From assembly GCA_022705945.1 (NCBI GenBank), contig JAKJDL010000005.1:15825-79824 (forward strand): a stretch of DNA of 64,000 bases, given 5' to 3'. Shown here in pieces: positions 9,834 to 19,155 of the stretch (within the stretch, counting starts at the first letter, position 1; each line of letters opens with the position of its first letter). A program made the translations under genes and the position numbers. Under the pieces are notes generated by a model. It was not told the DNA's origin. It ran no database searches and worked only from the letters and a program-made list of their open reading frames with translations. Source of the DNA: Candidatus Omnitrophota bacterium (GTDB lineage: Bacteria > Omnitrophota > Omnitrophia > Omnitrophales > Aquincolibacteriaceae).

Positions 9834-10366
9834 TTCTCGCGCGAGAACCAATGTCCCAGTGTAAGGTTTTTGATGCGGTAAGGACAACAGTGCAGGGTTT
9901 GCATCCCGGGCAGGAGTTTGACAGGGATGCGGCGAGTTATCCTCTTCTTTTCAAGAGTAATGATGAAAAAATCTGGGTGAGAGTCTTTTATCAGCCCATG
10001 CCGGATTATGATATCCGGGAGCTCAAGTACGAGATTGAGAAGTTAAAAAAAATGATAGCGAAAGATTCCCGGTTATATTTTTTCTATCCGAAGCTCGATG
10101 TCAACTTTATGCTGGCTCTCCGTGCAGCATATCACAATCTTGCTTTTTTTGAGTACGGCGGTATTTCCGAGATCGGAAAGGGCAAAGACGGTATCCGGGT
10201 TTGCAGGTGGGTGTCGGCATCTGAAATACCTCATAATGCTTCAATCGAAATTCGACTGCCTGCGGCGATAAAAACCAATCCCGGAGTTTTCCTCAGTTAC
10301 TCCCGGTTGTCTCAAGATGAAGTTACCGGACTGAACGATATTAGCCTGGAACTTGCAAGGTCGTAG
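9830..10366 (+). CDS. Hypothetical protein (third gene of ParA-like operon)
   Basis: 178-aa ORF with an overlapping start and no recognisable motif. Confidence 0.4.
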   Translation: MILAREPMSQCKVFDAVRTTVQGLHPGQEFDRDAASYPLLFKSNDEKIWVRVFYQPMPDYDIRELKYEIEKLKKMIAKDSRLYFFYPKLDVNFMLALRAAYHNLAFFEYGGISEIGKGKDGIRVCRWVSASEIPHNASIEIRLPAAIKTNPGVFLSYSRLSQDEVTGLNDISLELARS

Positions 10367-10425
10367 TTCCGGTCACAGATTTCTTCCTTGAAGGGGATTC
10401 GTATCTCTCTTATAATCACCGACCT

Positions 10426-11142
10426 ATGACCAATCCCGTAATTCAGAACCTTGAGAGCTTGAAAAGAGCGCAATCCCTTGATAGTGAGATCCATCAGACG
10501 CATGTGCTCCAGGGGGAGATTCCTGAAACCCGCGCCAGGTTGAATCAGGAACTTGAGCACAAGAAAACACGCCTGACTGATCTGGAAAAGACATGTAAAG
10601 AGCTTCAGCTGAAATTAAAAGAAAAGGAGTTGGAGCTGTCCCAGAAGGAAGGTCAGGTTAAGAAGCTTGACGGCCAGCTTTCCCAGGTTAAAACCAATAA
10701 GGAATATAGTGCGCTTCAGCAGGAGATTGCGTCTTTGAAGGCGGATAATTCGTTGCTTGAGGAAGAAATCATTAAAAAGATGGATGAGGTCGATGCCATC
10801 AAAGAAGAAGTGCTGAAAGAGAAAGAGCGGTTTGCCGAGGTTTCTAAATCTTATCAATCCCGGGATCAAGACCTCTCGATTCAGGAAAAAAATCTCCAAA
10901 ACCGTCTTCAGGAAATTATTAAGCAACGTGAAGAAATTGTCGCCCGGCTGCCGCCCGAAATAGGTGACCTTTATAACAGGATCGCCATGAAAAAAGAAGG
11001 TTTTGCCTTGGCCCCTGTCAATGGGGATGTTTGTAGCGCCTGCCAGATGCAACTTCGTCCCCAGGTTGTGAATGAACTGCAGTTAGGGGAGCAGATTATC
11101 ACTTGCGAAAACTGCTCCCGCATTCTTTTCTACGACGTGTGA
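10426..11142 (+). CDS. COG1579-type coiled-coil zinc-ribbon protein
   Basis: Long coiled-coil region followed by C4 zinc ribbon 'CSACQMQLRP...CENCSRILF'. TATAAT at 10405-10410 lies only 15 nt upstream of the ATG (possible leaderless transcript). Confidence 0.65.
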   Translation: MTNPVIQNLESLKRAQSLDSEIHQTHVLQGEIPETRARLNQELEHKKTRLTDLEKTCKELQLKLKEKELELSQKEGQVKKLDGQLSQVKTNKEYSALQQEIASLKADNSLLEEEIIKKMDEVDAIKEEVLKEKERFAEVSKSYQSRDQDLSIQEKNLQNRLQEIIKQREEIVARLPPEIGDLYNRIAMKKEGFALAPVNGDVCSACQMQLRPQVVNELQLGEQIITCENCSRILFYDV

Positions 11143-11296
11143 TCTTTTAGCCCCACCCCAGCTTTTCCCCTCTGTTGTCGGAGTTAGCTTACCCAAGCGT
11201 CAAGCTGAAACCCGATAGCTATTTCAATAGGCCCCTCAGGCGGTTTTTTAAAAATTGGTCCATTTCCCAAAATAATATCTGATCCCAAAAATAATA

Positions 11297-11367
11297 TTGA
11301 CACCCTATTAAGGGAGGACTATACTTGCGCCGATAATAAAGTGGGTGAAAGTGGGGGAAAGTGGTAA
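11297..11367 (+). promoter_or_regulatory. mra promoter (TTGACA-17-TATACT) followed by three MraZ-box direct repeats
   Basis: TTGACA at 11297-11302, 17-nt spacer, TATACT at 11320-11325. AAAGTGGGTG, AAAGTGGGGG and AAAGTGGTAA at 11338-11367 form three GTGG(G) repeats with 10-bp periodicity, the classic MraZ operator architecture. Confidence 0.6.
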
Positions 11368-11388
11368 GCGGGAAGGCAAACCAAAACA

Positions 11389-11826
11389 ATGTTCTACGGC
11401 GAATACGAACATATCGTTGACAGCAAAGGCCGCGTAATGATTCCTGCGAAGTTTCGTGAGATCTTCAAGGAACGTTACGTGGAAAAATTTTTCCTGACCC
11501 GCGGCCTGGACCAGTGTTTGTTTGTTTTCACGGAAGAACAGTGGAAGTCTGAAGAAAAGAAATTTCGCGAAATGCCTTATATCAAATCAGAAGCTAGAAC
11601 ATTTAACCGGCTTCTTTTTTCGAGCGCGTGTGAAGTAGTTTGTGATAAACAGGGGAGGATTCTTATTCCCGATTATCTTAAAGGTTATGCCGATGTGCAT
11701 TCCAATGTGGTCATCATCGGTGTTTCCAACCGCATAGAGATCTGGGCGAAAGAAAAGTGGTCTCAGTTTTTTGATAATAATAAAAACCGTTACGAGGAGT
11801 TGGCTGAAAAGCTGATCTCGGAGTAA
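11389..11826 (+). CDS. mraZ: Transcriptional regulator MraZ
   Basis: 'MFYGEYEHIVDSKGRVMIPAKFRE' and the duplicated MraZ fold. 145 aa. First gene of the dcw cluster. Confidence 0.9.
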   Translation: MFYGEYEHIVDSKGRVMIPAKFREIFKERYVEKFFLTRGLDQCLFVFTEEQWKSEEKKFREMPYIKSEARTFNRLLFSSACEVVCDKQGRILIPDYLKGYADVHSNVVIIGVSNRIEIWAKEKWSQFFDNNKNRYEELAEKLISE

Positions 11827-11839
11827 GAAAGGAGTTCTT

Positions 11840-12178
11840 ATGGTTTATCAAGCCAAGGTGCGATCAAGAGTCGAAGTGTTGCGGTTTGACGGTGACCTGA
11901 GTGTTCCGAGTATGATCAAGATGAAGGGACGCATGAAGCGCTTGCTGAACCGGAACCATAAAAGGCTTTTGCTGGACTTGAGTGAAACAAAGCGTGTGGA
12001 GTTGGCGGGTGTCGGTCTTTTGGTAGATCGTCTGCGCAAGGTTCGTGAACAAAAAGGCGATATCAAGCTTTGTAATCTCCGACCGGAAGTGGAAAGGACT
12101 TTCCGTTTGATAGGAGTGAACGGATTGATGGAGTCCTATCCCACTCAAGAAGAAGCGATCCAGAGTTTTGCATCATAA
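11840..12178 (+). CDS. STAS-domain protein (anti-sigma-factor antagonist-like)
   Basis: STAS/SpoIIAA-like pattern 'VLRFDGDLSV...KRLLLDLSETKRVELAGVGLLVDRL...LCNLRPEVERTFRLIGV'. Inserted between mraZ and rsmH. Confidence 0.6.
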   Translation: MVYQAKVRSRVEVLRFDGDLSVPSMIKMKGRMKRLLNRNHKRLLLDLSETKRVELAGVGLLVDRLRKVREQKGDIKLCNLRPEVERTFRLIGVNGLMESYPTQEEAIQSFAS

Positions 12179-13076
12179 GCCCGTTCTTTTAAACGAAATT
12201 ATTGAGTTGCTGGACCCAAAACCTGGCGCGATCGTTTTAGACGGCACGATCGGCAGCGGGGGACATGCGAAAGCTTTCCTTGAAAGGATCGGTCCGGAAG
12301 GGCGACTGATAGGTTTGGATCAGGATCCCGAGGCCATCTGTCGCTGTCGAAAGCTGTTGGGTGATGATCCTCGGGTGACGCTGGTGCAAAGGAATTTCAG
12401 GGATCTCGAGTTGGTATTGAACGATTTGAATATGACAAAGGTTGATCGGATATTGTTTGACATCGGGTTGTCGTCCGATCAACTCGCGGACTGCAAGCGC
12501 GGTTTCAGTTTCCAAACGGAAGGGGACTTGGACATGCGGATGAACCCGGCGGTAGGCAGTAAAGCTTCGGAGTATTTGATGACTCTCTCCGAAAAGGAAC
12601 TTGCCCGCGTTTTCTACGAATATGCCGATGAGCATCGATCCCGCCGTTTTGCGTCGGCCATCGTCCGTGAACGAAAAAAATCTCCAATCGTTACAACTTC
12701 GAGGCTTTGCCAAATCATCGAAAATTCCTTGCCCGCTTCCCATCGTTTTGAAAAAGGCAAGAGGCCGGTCGGAAACCGCCGGAATCAGTCGACAAAGGTT
12801 TTTCAGGCCTTGCGGATTTTGGTCAATGATGAATTCGGCGCGCTTCACGACGGCATGATTGCGGCCTGGAACCGTTTGCGTCCCGGGGGACGACTTGGAG
12901 TCATCAGTTTTCACTCGGGTGAAGACCGTATCGTTAAAGAAAAATTCCGTGATTATGTAAAAAATAGCGGCGGAGAACTTGTCACTCGGAAGCCGGTGAT
13001 TGCAAAACGTTCAGAGATCGTTGATAATCCACGAGCGCGCAGCGCAAAACTAAGGGTGATCGGGGTGCGGCCATGA
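12168..13076 (+). CDS. rsmH: 16S rRNA (cytosine1402-N4)-methyltransferase
   Basis: 'HKPVLLNEIIELL...DGTIGSGGHA' is the canonical RsmH/MraW N-terminus. About 300 aa. Canonical dcw position. Confidence 0.9.
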   Translation: MHHKPVLLNEIIELLDPKPGAIVLDGTIGSGGHAKAFLERIGPEGRLIGLDQDPEAICRCRKLLGDDPRVTLVQRNFRDLELVLNDLNMTKVDRILFDIGLSSDQLADCKRGFSFQTEGDLDMRMNPAVGSKASEYLMTLSEKELARVFYEYADEHRSRRFASAIVRERKKSPIVTTSRLCQIIENSLPASHRFEKGKRPVGNRRNQSTKVFQALRILVNDEFGALHDGMIAAWNRLRPGGRLGVISFHSGEDRIVKEKFRDYVKNSGGELVTRKPVIAKRSEIVDNPRARSAKLRVIGVRP

Positions 13077-13465
13077 AAGGGAGCGGAAAAATACTTAGCG
13101 GAATAGCCTGTCTTACCGTTCTGCTGCTTTTTTACGTGCATTTGCAGATATCGTCCGTTATTGTTTCGTTTGATCTGCATCGATCCTCTCAGGCTCTGGA
13201 AGAAAAACAAGAAGTGTTGCGCCGGCTTCAGTTTAATGTCGGCCAGTTGAAGGCTCCGCAGCTCCTGGAAGAAAAGATGAAAAAACATGATCTTGCTCTG
13301 GGCCTCCCGAACAAAGTCCAAGTGCTGGACGTTCCTTCCGTTCCTGATTTTTCGCGTATCGCAACTCAGGATGCGGCGGTGGATTCCTCTGTTGGGTCAT
13401 CCTTTTCGAGTATTTTCGGGCGTTTGATTCAGACCGCTCAGGCTAAAACCGACCTCCCGTCCTGA
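13073..13465 (+). CDS. ftsL: Cell division protein FtsL-like (small bitopic membrane coiled-coil protein)
   Basis: Single TM helix near the N-terminus, a coiled-coil segment, and the canonical position between rsmH and ftsI. ATGA overlap with rsmH. Confidence 0.55.
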   Translation: MKGSGKILSGIACLTVLLLFYVHLQISSVIVSFDLHRSSQALEEKQEVLRRLQFNVGQLKAPQLLEEKMKKHDLALGLPNKVQVLDVPSVPDFSRIATQDAAVDSSVGSSFSSIFGRLIQTAQAKTDLPS

Positions 13466-13468
13466 CGC

Positions 13469-15211
13469 ATGCGTGCGCAGTTCTCCAACAAGCGCTTTTG
13501 GTTCCTTTATACAACCTTATTTATCCTGTTCGGTCTTGTCATCTACCAGGTCATCCAGCTGACCTATTTTCATCAGTCCTCTCTTCTTGAGCTTGCCCAT
13601 CGGCAACATTACATTACCATCGACGTCCCGCCGGTTCGCGGATCTGTCACGGACCGGATCGGCAGGGAATTTGTCACAAATCTGAAGGTTCCTTCAATCT
13701 ATGCCATTCCCCGGATCATGAGCGCCGGGGAGAAAACAAGGTTTGCGGGTGATCTCGCAAAAATATTAAAACTTGATAAAACTTTCGTTTTGCGGCGTCT
13801 TGAGCGCGATAAAGCTTTTGTCTGGATTAAAAGACGTGTAAGTTTTGAAGAAGCTGAGGAGGTAAAAAAAATCGGCAATCCCGCTATCGGAATCACCGAA
13901 GAATATAAACGCTTCTATCCGCAAGGCACGACTCTCGCCAATGTTCTGGGGTTCTCAAATGTTGATAACCAGGGCCTTGAGGGAATCGAAATGGTGATGG
14001 ATGCTTATCTTCATGGCAAACCCGGCAAGCGGGTGACGAAGCGTGATGCCATGGGTCGCGAGATCAGGGCATTCGAGATCAAAACACTGCCCGCCGTGGA
14101 TGGGGATACCGTGATGCTGACGATAGATCAGCATATCCAGTATTTAACTGAAAAAGCGATGGACGCGGCCATGAAGCAATGGAAACCGCAATCGGCCTGG
14201 GCGATTGTTATGGATCCCAAAACGGGCGAGATAATTGCGATGGTCAATCGCCCTACTTTTGATCCCAATCAGTATGATAAATCAGTGACAGATTCAAGAA
14301 GGAACCGTGTGATCACGGATATGTATGAGCCCGGGTCTGTTTTCAAGATTGTGGCGGCAAGTGCGGCCTTGAATGAGGGGGTGGTGACCCCCGAAACCAC
14401 CTTTTTCTGCGAGAACGGAAAATGGAACTACGGGGTTAAATCCCTTCGGGATGTCCGATCCTACGGCACGTTGACCATGGAGCAGATCATTGTCAAATCG
14501 AGCAATATCGGAACGGTCAAAATTGCCTTAAAGCTTCATCGGGACAAATTTCAGGAATACATACGTAATTTTGGTTTCGGGTCCCTGACGGGGATCGATT
14601 TGAAAGGAGAGGCGCCGGGTTATACTCGCCCCCCGTCCCAATGGTCAAAAACCTCCCCCTACAACATTCCCATGGGACAGGAAGTGATGGTGACAGCCAT
14701 CCAGATGGCGACCGCGATGTCGGTGATTGCCAATGGGGGTTACCTGATCCGGCCTTATATTGTCTCCAAAATACAAGATCCTGCGGGCGTGACAATCAAG
14801 GAGAATGTTCCTGAAATCAGAAAGGTTGTGATTAAACCGGAGACAGCTGCGCTGATGCGAAAAATATTAACGAAGGTAGTGGAGGAAGGGACGGGCACCA
14901 AAGCCAAGATACCGGGTATCTCGGCCGGCGGGAAGACGGGAACCGCTCAAAAGGTGCTCCCGGGAGGAAAGGGATATTCTCATAGCGCTTATATATCATC
15001 TTTTATCGGTTTTGCACCGAGTGATAACCCGAGATATGTCATGTGTGTGGTGTTGGACGAGGCACGCCCCATGTATTACGGCGGAACAGTCGCTGCGCCG
15101 GTGTTTAAAGAGGTCATGGAAGCAGCCTTTCTGACGGAAGGGATCCGCCCCTCCAAAAAGACCGAAGCGCCCAAACCTCCGGAATCCACCGATCTTTCGA
15201 TGACCGATTAG
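13469..15211 (+). CDS. ftsI: Penicillin-binding protein 2/3-type transpeptidase (FtsI)
   Basis: N-terminal TM helix and PBP dimerisation domain. Transpeptidase motifs SVFK (SXXK), SSN and KTGT. Confidence 0.9.
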   Translation: MRAQFSNKRFWFLYTTLFILFGLVIYQVIQLTYFHQSSLLELAHRQHYITIDVPPVRGSVTDRIGREFVTNLKVPSIYAIPRIMSAGEKTRFAGDLAKILKLDKTFVLRRLERDKAFVWIKRRVSFEEAEEVKKIGNPAIGITEEYKRFYPQGTTLANVLGFSNVDNQGLEGIEMVMDAYLHGKPGKRVTKRDAMGREIRAFEIKTLPAVDGDTVMLTIDQHIQYLTEKAMDAAMKQWKPQSAWAIVMDPKTGEIIAMVNRPTFDPNQYDKSVTDSRRNRVITDMYEPGSVFKIVAASAALNEGVVTPETTFFCENGKWNYGVKSLRDVRSYGTLTMEQIIVKSSNIGTVKIALKLHRDKFQEYIRNFGFGSLTGIDLKGEAPGYTRPPSQWSKTSPYNIPMGQEVMVTAIQMATAMSVIANGGYLIRPYIVSKIQDPAGVTIKENVPEIRKVVIKPETAALMRKILTKVVEEGTGTKAKIPGISAGGKTGTAQKVLPGGKGYSHSAYISSFIGFAPSDNPRYVMCVVLDEARPMYYGGTVAAPVFKEVMEAAFLTEGIRPSKKTEAPKPPESTDLSMTD

Positions 15212-15250
15212 CTCACATCCGGGGATATTTCTTGTTTTTGTTTGCATTCG

Positions 15251-15279
15251 TTGAATCCCTCCCGGCAGGATGCTATAAT
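15251..15279 (+). promoter_or_regulatory. Promoter for tRNA-Pro (TTGAAT-17-TATAAT, with TGc extended -10)
   Basis: TTGAAT at 15251-15256, 17-nt spacer, gaTGcTATAAT at 15269-15279, about 100 nt upstream of the tRNA. Confidence 0.55.
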
Positions 15280-15378
15280 GCGCTCCCTTAATTTAAGAGA
15301 TGCTGAGATTCAGGAAGGACAGCCGATACTTCGCCATCATCCCGAAAATTTTGGCGGTTCTTTTAGTGGAAATTAGAT

Positions 15379-15727
<349 letters not shown>

Positions 15728-15930
15728 TTTCAGATTCAAGCACACAAAGCTCTAACCCTCGATCTACGGTTGTTGCTATAATTTCTGAATCCATAAGCCC
15801 TCCCGCTGATTAGTTTCATCGTGTTGTGAAATCCTTCGGTATCCCGTGGATTTTGTGAAGTGCCGCATTCTGACGATCTCTTGATCGAAGGATTCCGGGA
15901 TCCATCCCCGTGGGTTAAGAACTGCGAAAG

Positions 15931-15966
15931 GGGCTCCGGTCCCCAAAATGTCCGGAGCCTTTTTAT
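15931..15966 (+). terminator. Rho-independent terminator (GGCTCCGG-loop-CCGGAGCC-TTTTTAT)
   Basis: Perfect 8-bp GC-rich stem with a 12-nt loop, followed by TTTTTAT. First strong terminator downstream of the tRNA-Pro/repeat array. Confidence 0.65.
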
Positions 15967-16021
15967 GGTCCAAAATCGGTTAAAATATCGAAATTGTTGC
16001 GGCCAGGTTTTGATTGTGTCT

Positions 16022-16049
16022 TTGTGAGCCTGGGCGGATGTGCTATAAT
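16022..16049 (+). promoter_or_regulatory. Promoter upstream of rsfS (TTGTGA-16-TATAAT with TGc extended -10)
   Basis: 'tTTGTGAgcctgggcggatgTGcTATAATc'. -10 at 16044-16049. Confidence 0.45.
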
Positions 16050-16084
16050 CCCACAACTTTTTCATAGAAAGGTGAGCCAATACT

Positions 16085-16417
16085 TTGCAACCCAAACGAA
16101 TGGCTGCTTTGATTCGCGCGTTCGCGGATGATAAAAAAGCCGAAGACATCGTTGTTCTCGATATCTCGAAACTTTCAAGTGTTGCCCATTATTTCATCAT
16201 CACCCACGGCAACAACGACCGTCATGTCCGCGCGGTTGCCGATCATGTGATGGATGAAATGAAGAAAAGAAAGATGCCGGTTCTTCACGTCGAGGGGATG
16301 AAGGACGGCAAATGGGTGCTCTTGGACTTCGGGGCTGTGATCCTCCATGTCTTCTACAAGGAAACCCGCGAATTTTACGCCCTCGAGCGCCTGTGGGGCG
16401 AAGCGAAATGTATTTAA
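16085..16417 (+). CDS. rsfS: Ribosomal silencing factor RsfS (Iojap family)
   Basis: 'AEDIVVLDISKLSSVAHYFIITHGNNDRHVRAVADHV...WVLLDFGAVILHVF' is the Iojap/RsfS signature. TTG start with RBS AAAGGTGAG (alternative ATG at 16100). Confidence 0.85.
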   Translation: MQPKRMAALIRAFADDKKAEDIVVLDISKLSSVAHYFIITHGNNDRHVRAVADHVMDEMKKRKMPVLHVEGMKDGKWVLLDFGAVILHVFYKETREFYALERLWGEAKCI

Positions 16418-16490
16418 CCGGGGGGCTTGTATCTCGCGACTTCTCCCTCGTTTTGACGAGTTTCCGGTCCCTGGTTCCGGTTGTTAAAAC

Positions 16491-18149
16491 ATGAAATCAA
16501 AGGTCGAAGAAGTTCTCCGCGCCGCAGTCGAGTCATTGTGCAAGTCCCGGGGGGCCGAGAAGCCCGGTGGACTGACCTATGATCTCCAGCCGCCCAAGGA
16601 TTCCCGGCACGGGGACCTTTCCACGAATATTTCATTCAGGCTTTCAAAGATCCTTCGCCTTAAACCCGCCGAGATCGCCCAAACGATTGTTGCTTACATT
16701 GAAGACCTGGGTGAAGATTCGCCGGTTGAAGAATCCCGGATTGCGGGCGGAGGGTTCATCAATTTCAGGCTCCGGACCACCGATCTCGGGGCGCTTTTGC
16801 AAAATATCCACAAGGCGGGCCCTGCCTACGGCTGCTCGGATTACGGCAAAGGGAAGAAGGTTGTGGTCGAGTTCGTCAGCGCGAATCCGACAGGGCCTCT
16901 CACGATCGCACACGGACGCCAGGCCGCGGTGGGGGACGCGCTTTGTCGTATACTAAAGGCCACGGGACACGAGGTTTATCCGGAGTATTATCTGAACGAT
17001 GCGGGACGGCAGATGAGCCTGCTCGCACGTAGCGTCTGGGCGCGTTACAACGAGCTTCTCGGTATCGCCGTGCCCTTTCCCGAAGACGGCTATAAAGGCG
17101 ACTACATCCGCGAGATCGCGCGGACCATCATTGAAAAGGAAAAGAAGGACTCGCTCCTGAAGGATCCTGAAGACAAAGCGGTCGAATACTGCGGCCAATA
17201 TGCGGTAAAAGCGATGATGGCGTGGATCGAATCGGATCTCGCGAAAATGCGCGTCCGGTTTGACAATTATTTCAGCGAAAAGACGCTTTACGCGAAGGGG
17301 GCCGTAGAGCACGCGCTTGATGTGCTCAGGCAAAAGGGCTATCTTTTTGAAAGCGAAGGGGCCCTTTGGTTCCGTTCGACCGATTTCGGAGATGACAAGG
17401 ATCGCGTCGTAAAAAAGTCGACAGGGGAGTACACCTACCTCGCGCCGGATATCGCCTATCATCTTTCCAAATATGAGCGGGGATACAACATGATGGTGAA
17501 TTTTTGGGGCCCCGACCACCACGGTTATATTCCGCGTCTGAAGGCGGCTTGCCAGGCACTCGGTTATCCGCCGGAGGCGATCCATATCGGGATTGTCCAG
17601 CTGACGACGCTTTACCGGGAGGGGCAGCCGGTTAGAATGTCGACGCGGGCGGGAGAGTTTGTGACGCTTCGTGAACTTTATGAGGAAGCAGGCGTGGACG
17701 CGACGCGTTTTTTCTTTACGATGCGCCGCCAGGAAAGCCCCCTCGACTTCGACCTTGATCTGGCGAAAGAACAGTCCCAGGAGAATCCCGTTTACTATCT
17801 CCAATATGCGCACGCCCGCATCGCGAGCCTGCTGAAATTCGCGGATGAAAAAGTCACGCCCGAAGCCGATCTTGCGCTCCTGTCCTCGCAAGAGGAAATA
17901 GAGCTTATCCGCTGCCTTTCCCAGTTCCCGGATATGCTCATTGCTGCCAGCCGTTTGCTTGAGCCTTACCGTCTTGCGGATTATCTCCGGCAGGTCGCCG
18001 CATGTTTCCATAAGTTTTACTCGTTCCACCGGATCGTGAATGAGGATAAGGAACTGACGAAGGCGCGCCTTTTGCTTTCGGAAGCGACACGCATTGTGCT
18101 GCGCAACGGCCTGGAATTACTCGGCATTTCACAACCCGAGTCGATGTGA
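16491..18149 (+). CDS. argS: Arginine--tRNA ligase
   Basis: Class I aaRS with 'ANPTGPLTIAHGRQAAVGDAL' (HIGH region variant). ArgRS N-domain and C-terminal DALR anticodon-binding domain. About 550 aa. Confidence 0.9.
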   Translation: MKSKVEEVLRAAVESLCKSRGAEKPGGLTYDLQPPKDSRHGDLSTNISFRLSKILRLKPAEIAQTIVAYIEDLGEDSPVEESRIAGGGFINFRLRTTDLGALLQNIHKAGPAYGCSDYGKGKKVVVEFVSANPTGPLTIAHGRQAAVGDALCRILKATGHEVYPEYYLNDAGRQMSLLARSVWARYNELLGIAVPFPEDGYKGDYIREIARTIIEKEKKDSLLKDPEDKAVEYCGQYAVKAMMAWIESDLAKMRVRFDNYFSEKTLYAKGAVEHALDVLRQKGYLFESEGALWFRSTDFGDDKDRVVKKSTGEYTYLAPDIAYHLSKYERGYNMMVNFWGPDHHGYIPRLKAACQALGYPPEAIHIGIVQLTTLYREGQPVRMSTRAGEFVTLRELYEEAGVDATRFFFTMRRQESPLDFDLDLAKEQSQENPVYYLQYAHARIASLLKFADEKVTPEADLALLSSQEEIELIRCLSQFPDMLIAASRLLEPYRLADYLRQVAACFHKFYSFHRIVNEDKELTKARLLLSEATRIVLRNGLELLGISQPESM

Positions 18150-19087
18150 GCAGACCCGCCGTTCTTTTTATTGTCGGTCCTACGGCGTCCGGAAAGACGT
18201 CCCTTGCGTTTGGGCTGGCCAAACGGCTTGATGGGGAAATCCTTTCCGCGGATTCCATGTTGATTTACAAAGGGATGGATATCGGAACCGCGAAACCCTC
18301 ACCCGCCGAGTTAAAAAAAATTCCGCATCATGGCATCAACCTTGTTCCGCCATCCAAAAACTTTTCTGTTTTTGAATACAGGGAATATGCCCTTAAGGCG
18401 ATTCGTGATATTGTCTCCCGGGGGAAATTACCGATCGTTGCGGGCGGGACAGGATTTTATGTTCGTGCCCTTTTGGAAGGGCTGACGCCGCACCCCGGAC
18501 AGGATCCGGAAATACGAAGAAAACTGTCGCGGGAGGCCGTGTTGCGCGGCCCCGAAGTTCTCTACAGACGGCTTTTGAAGATTGATCCTAAAAGGGCAAA
18601 AGCCATCGGACCGCATAATGTCCGGCGGATTGTAAGAGCGCTTGAGATCTACCTGGTGTCAAAACGAAAACCGTCGGCACCCGTTCCCAAAAGCCCCGGG
18701 CTCCGGGCTCTGGGATTCCGGCCCAAGGTGATCGGACTCAATCGTGATCGGGCGGCGCTCTATGACGCGATTGCCCGGCGGGTTGACTCAATGTTTCGAA
18801 AGGGGCTCGTGGCTGAAGTGAAGCGGCTTTCGAGAAAAAAGATCTCATCAACGGCGCGACAGGGTGTTGGTTACAAGGAGGTTATGGAAGCGCTTCGTCG
18901 CAGTAAAAACGGCCGCGTGCCGCGCGAAGTGAAAGAAAATATCAAAAAAGCGACACGGCATTTTGCCAAGCGGCAGTGGACATGGTTTAAACGGGAGAAG
19001 GGGATCCGGTGGGTATGGTGGCCTGAAACCGCTTCGCTCCGAACGGTCCGGGACTTCATCCTGAACATGGTAAAAAATGAGATTTAA
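18146..19087 (+). CDS. miaA: tRNA dimethylallyltransferase
   Basis: P-loop 'FIVGPTASGKTSLA' and the MiaA family pattern. About 310 aa. Overlaps the argS stop. Confidence 0.9.
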   Translation: MSRPAVLFIVGPTASGKTSLAFGLAKRLDGEILSADSMLIYKGMDIGTAKPSPAELKKIPHHGINLVPPSKNFSVFEYREYALKAIRDIVSRGKLPIVAGGTGFYVRALLEGLTPHPGQDPEIRRKLSREAVLRGPEVLYRRLLKIDPKRAKAIGPHNVRRIVRALEIYLVSKRKPSAPVPKSPGLRALGFRPKVIGLNRDRAALYDAIARRVDSMFRKGLVAEVKRLSRKKISSTARQGVGYKEVMEALRRSKNGRVPREVKENIKKATRHFAKRQWTWFKREKGIRWVWWPETASLRTVRDFILNMVKNEI

Positions 19088-19155
19088 GATCTCTTTGATT
19101 CGCAATACCGCTTCAAACCGAAGCGGCGGAGCCGGTCCCTCGTATTGCACTGTGG

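Noticed and set aside
15770-15966. 6S RNA or SRP RNA.
   Set aside because: No closing-stem complementarity between the 5' and 3' ends was found as expected for 6S. The conserved SRP domain IV motifs are absent. It is left as an unclassified sRNA candidate.
15736-16149. A 137-aa minus-strand ORF between the repeat array and rsfS.
   Set aside because: It overlaps the rsfS start and a + strand promoter and terminator. No RBS or motif was found. The candidate sRNA on the + strand explains the region better.
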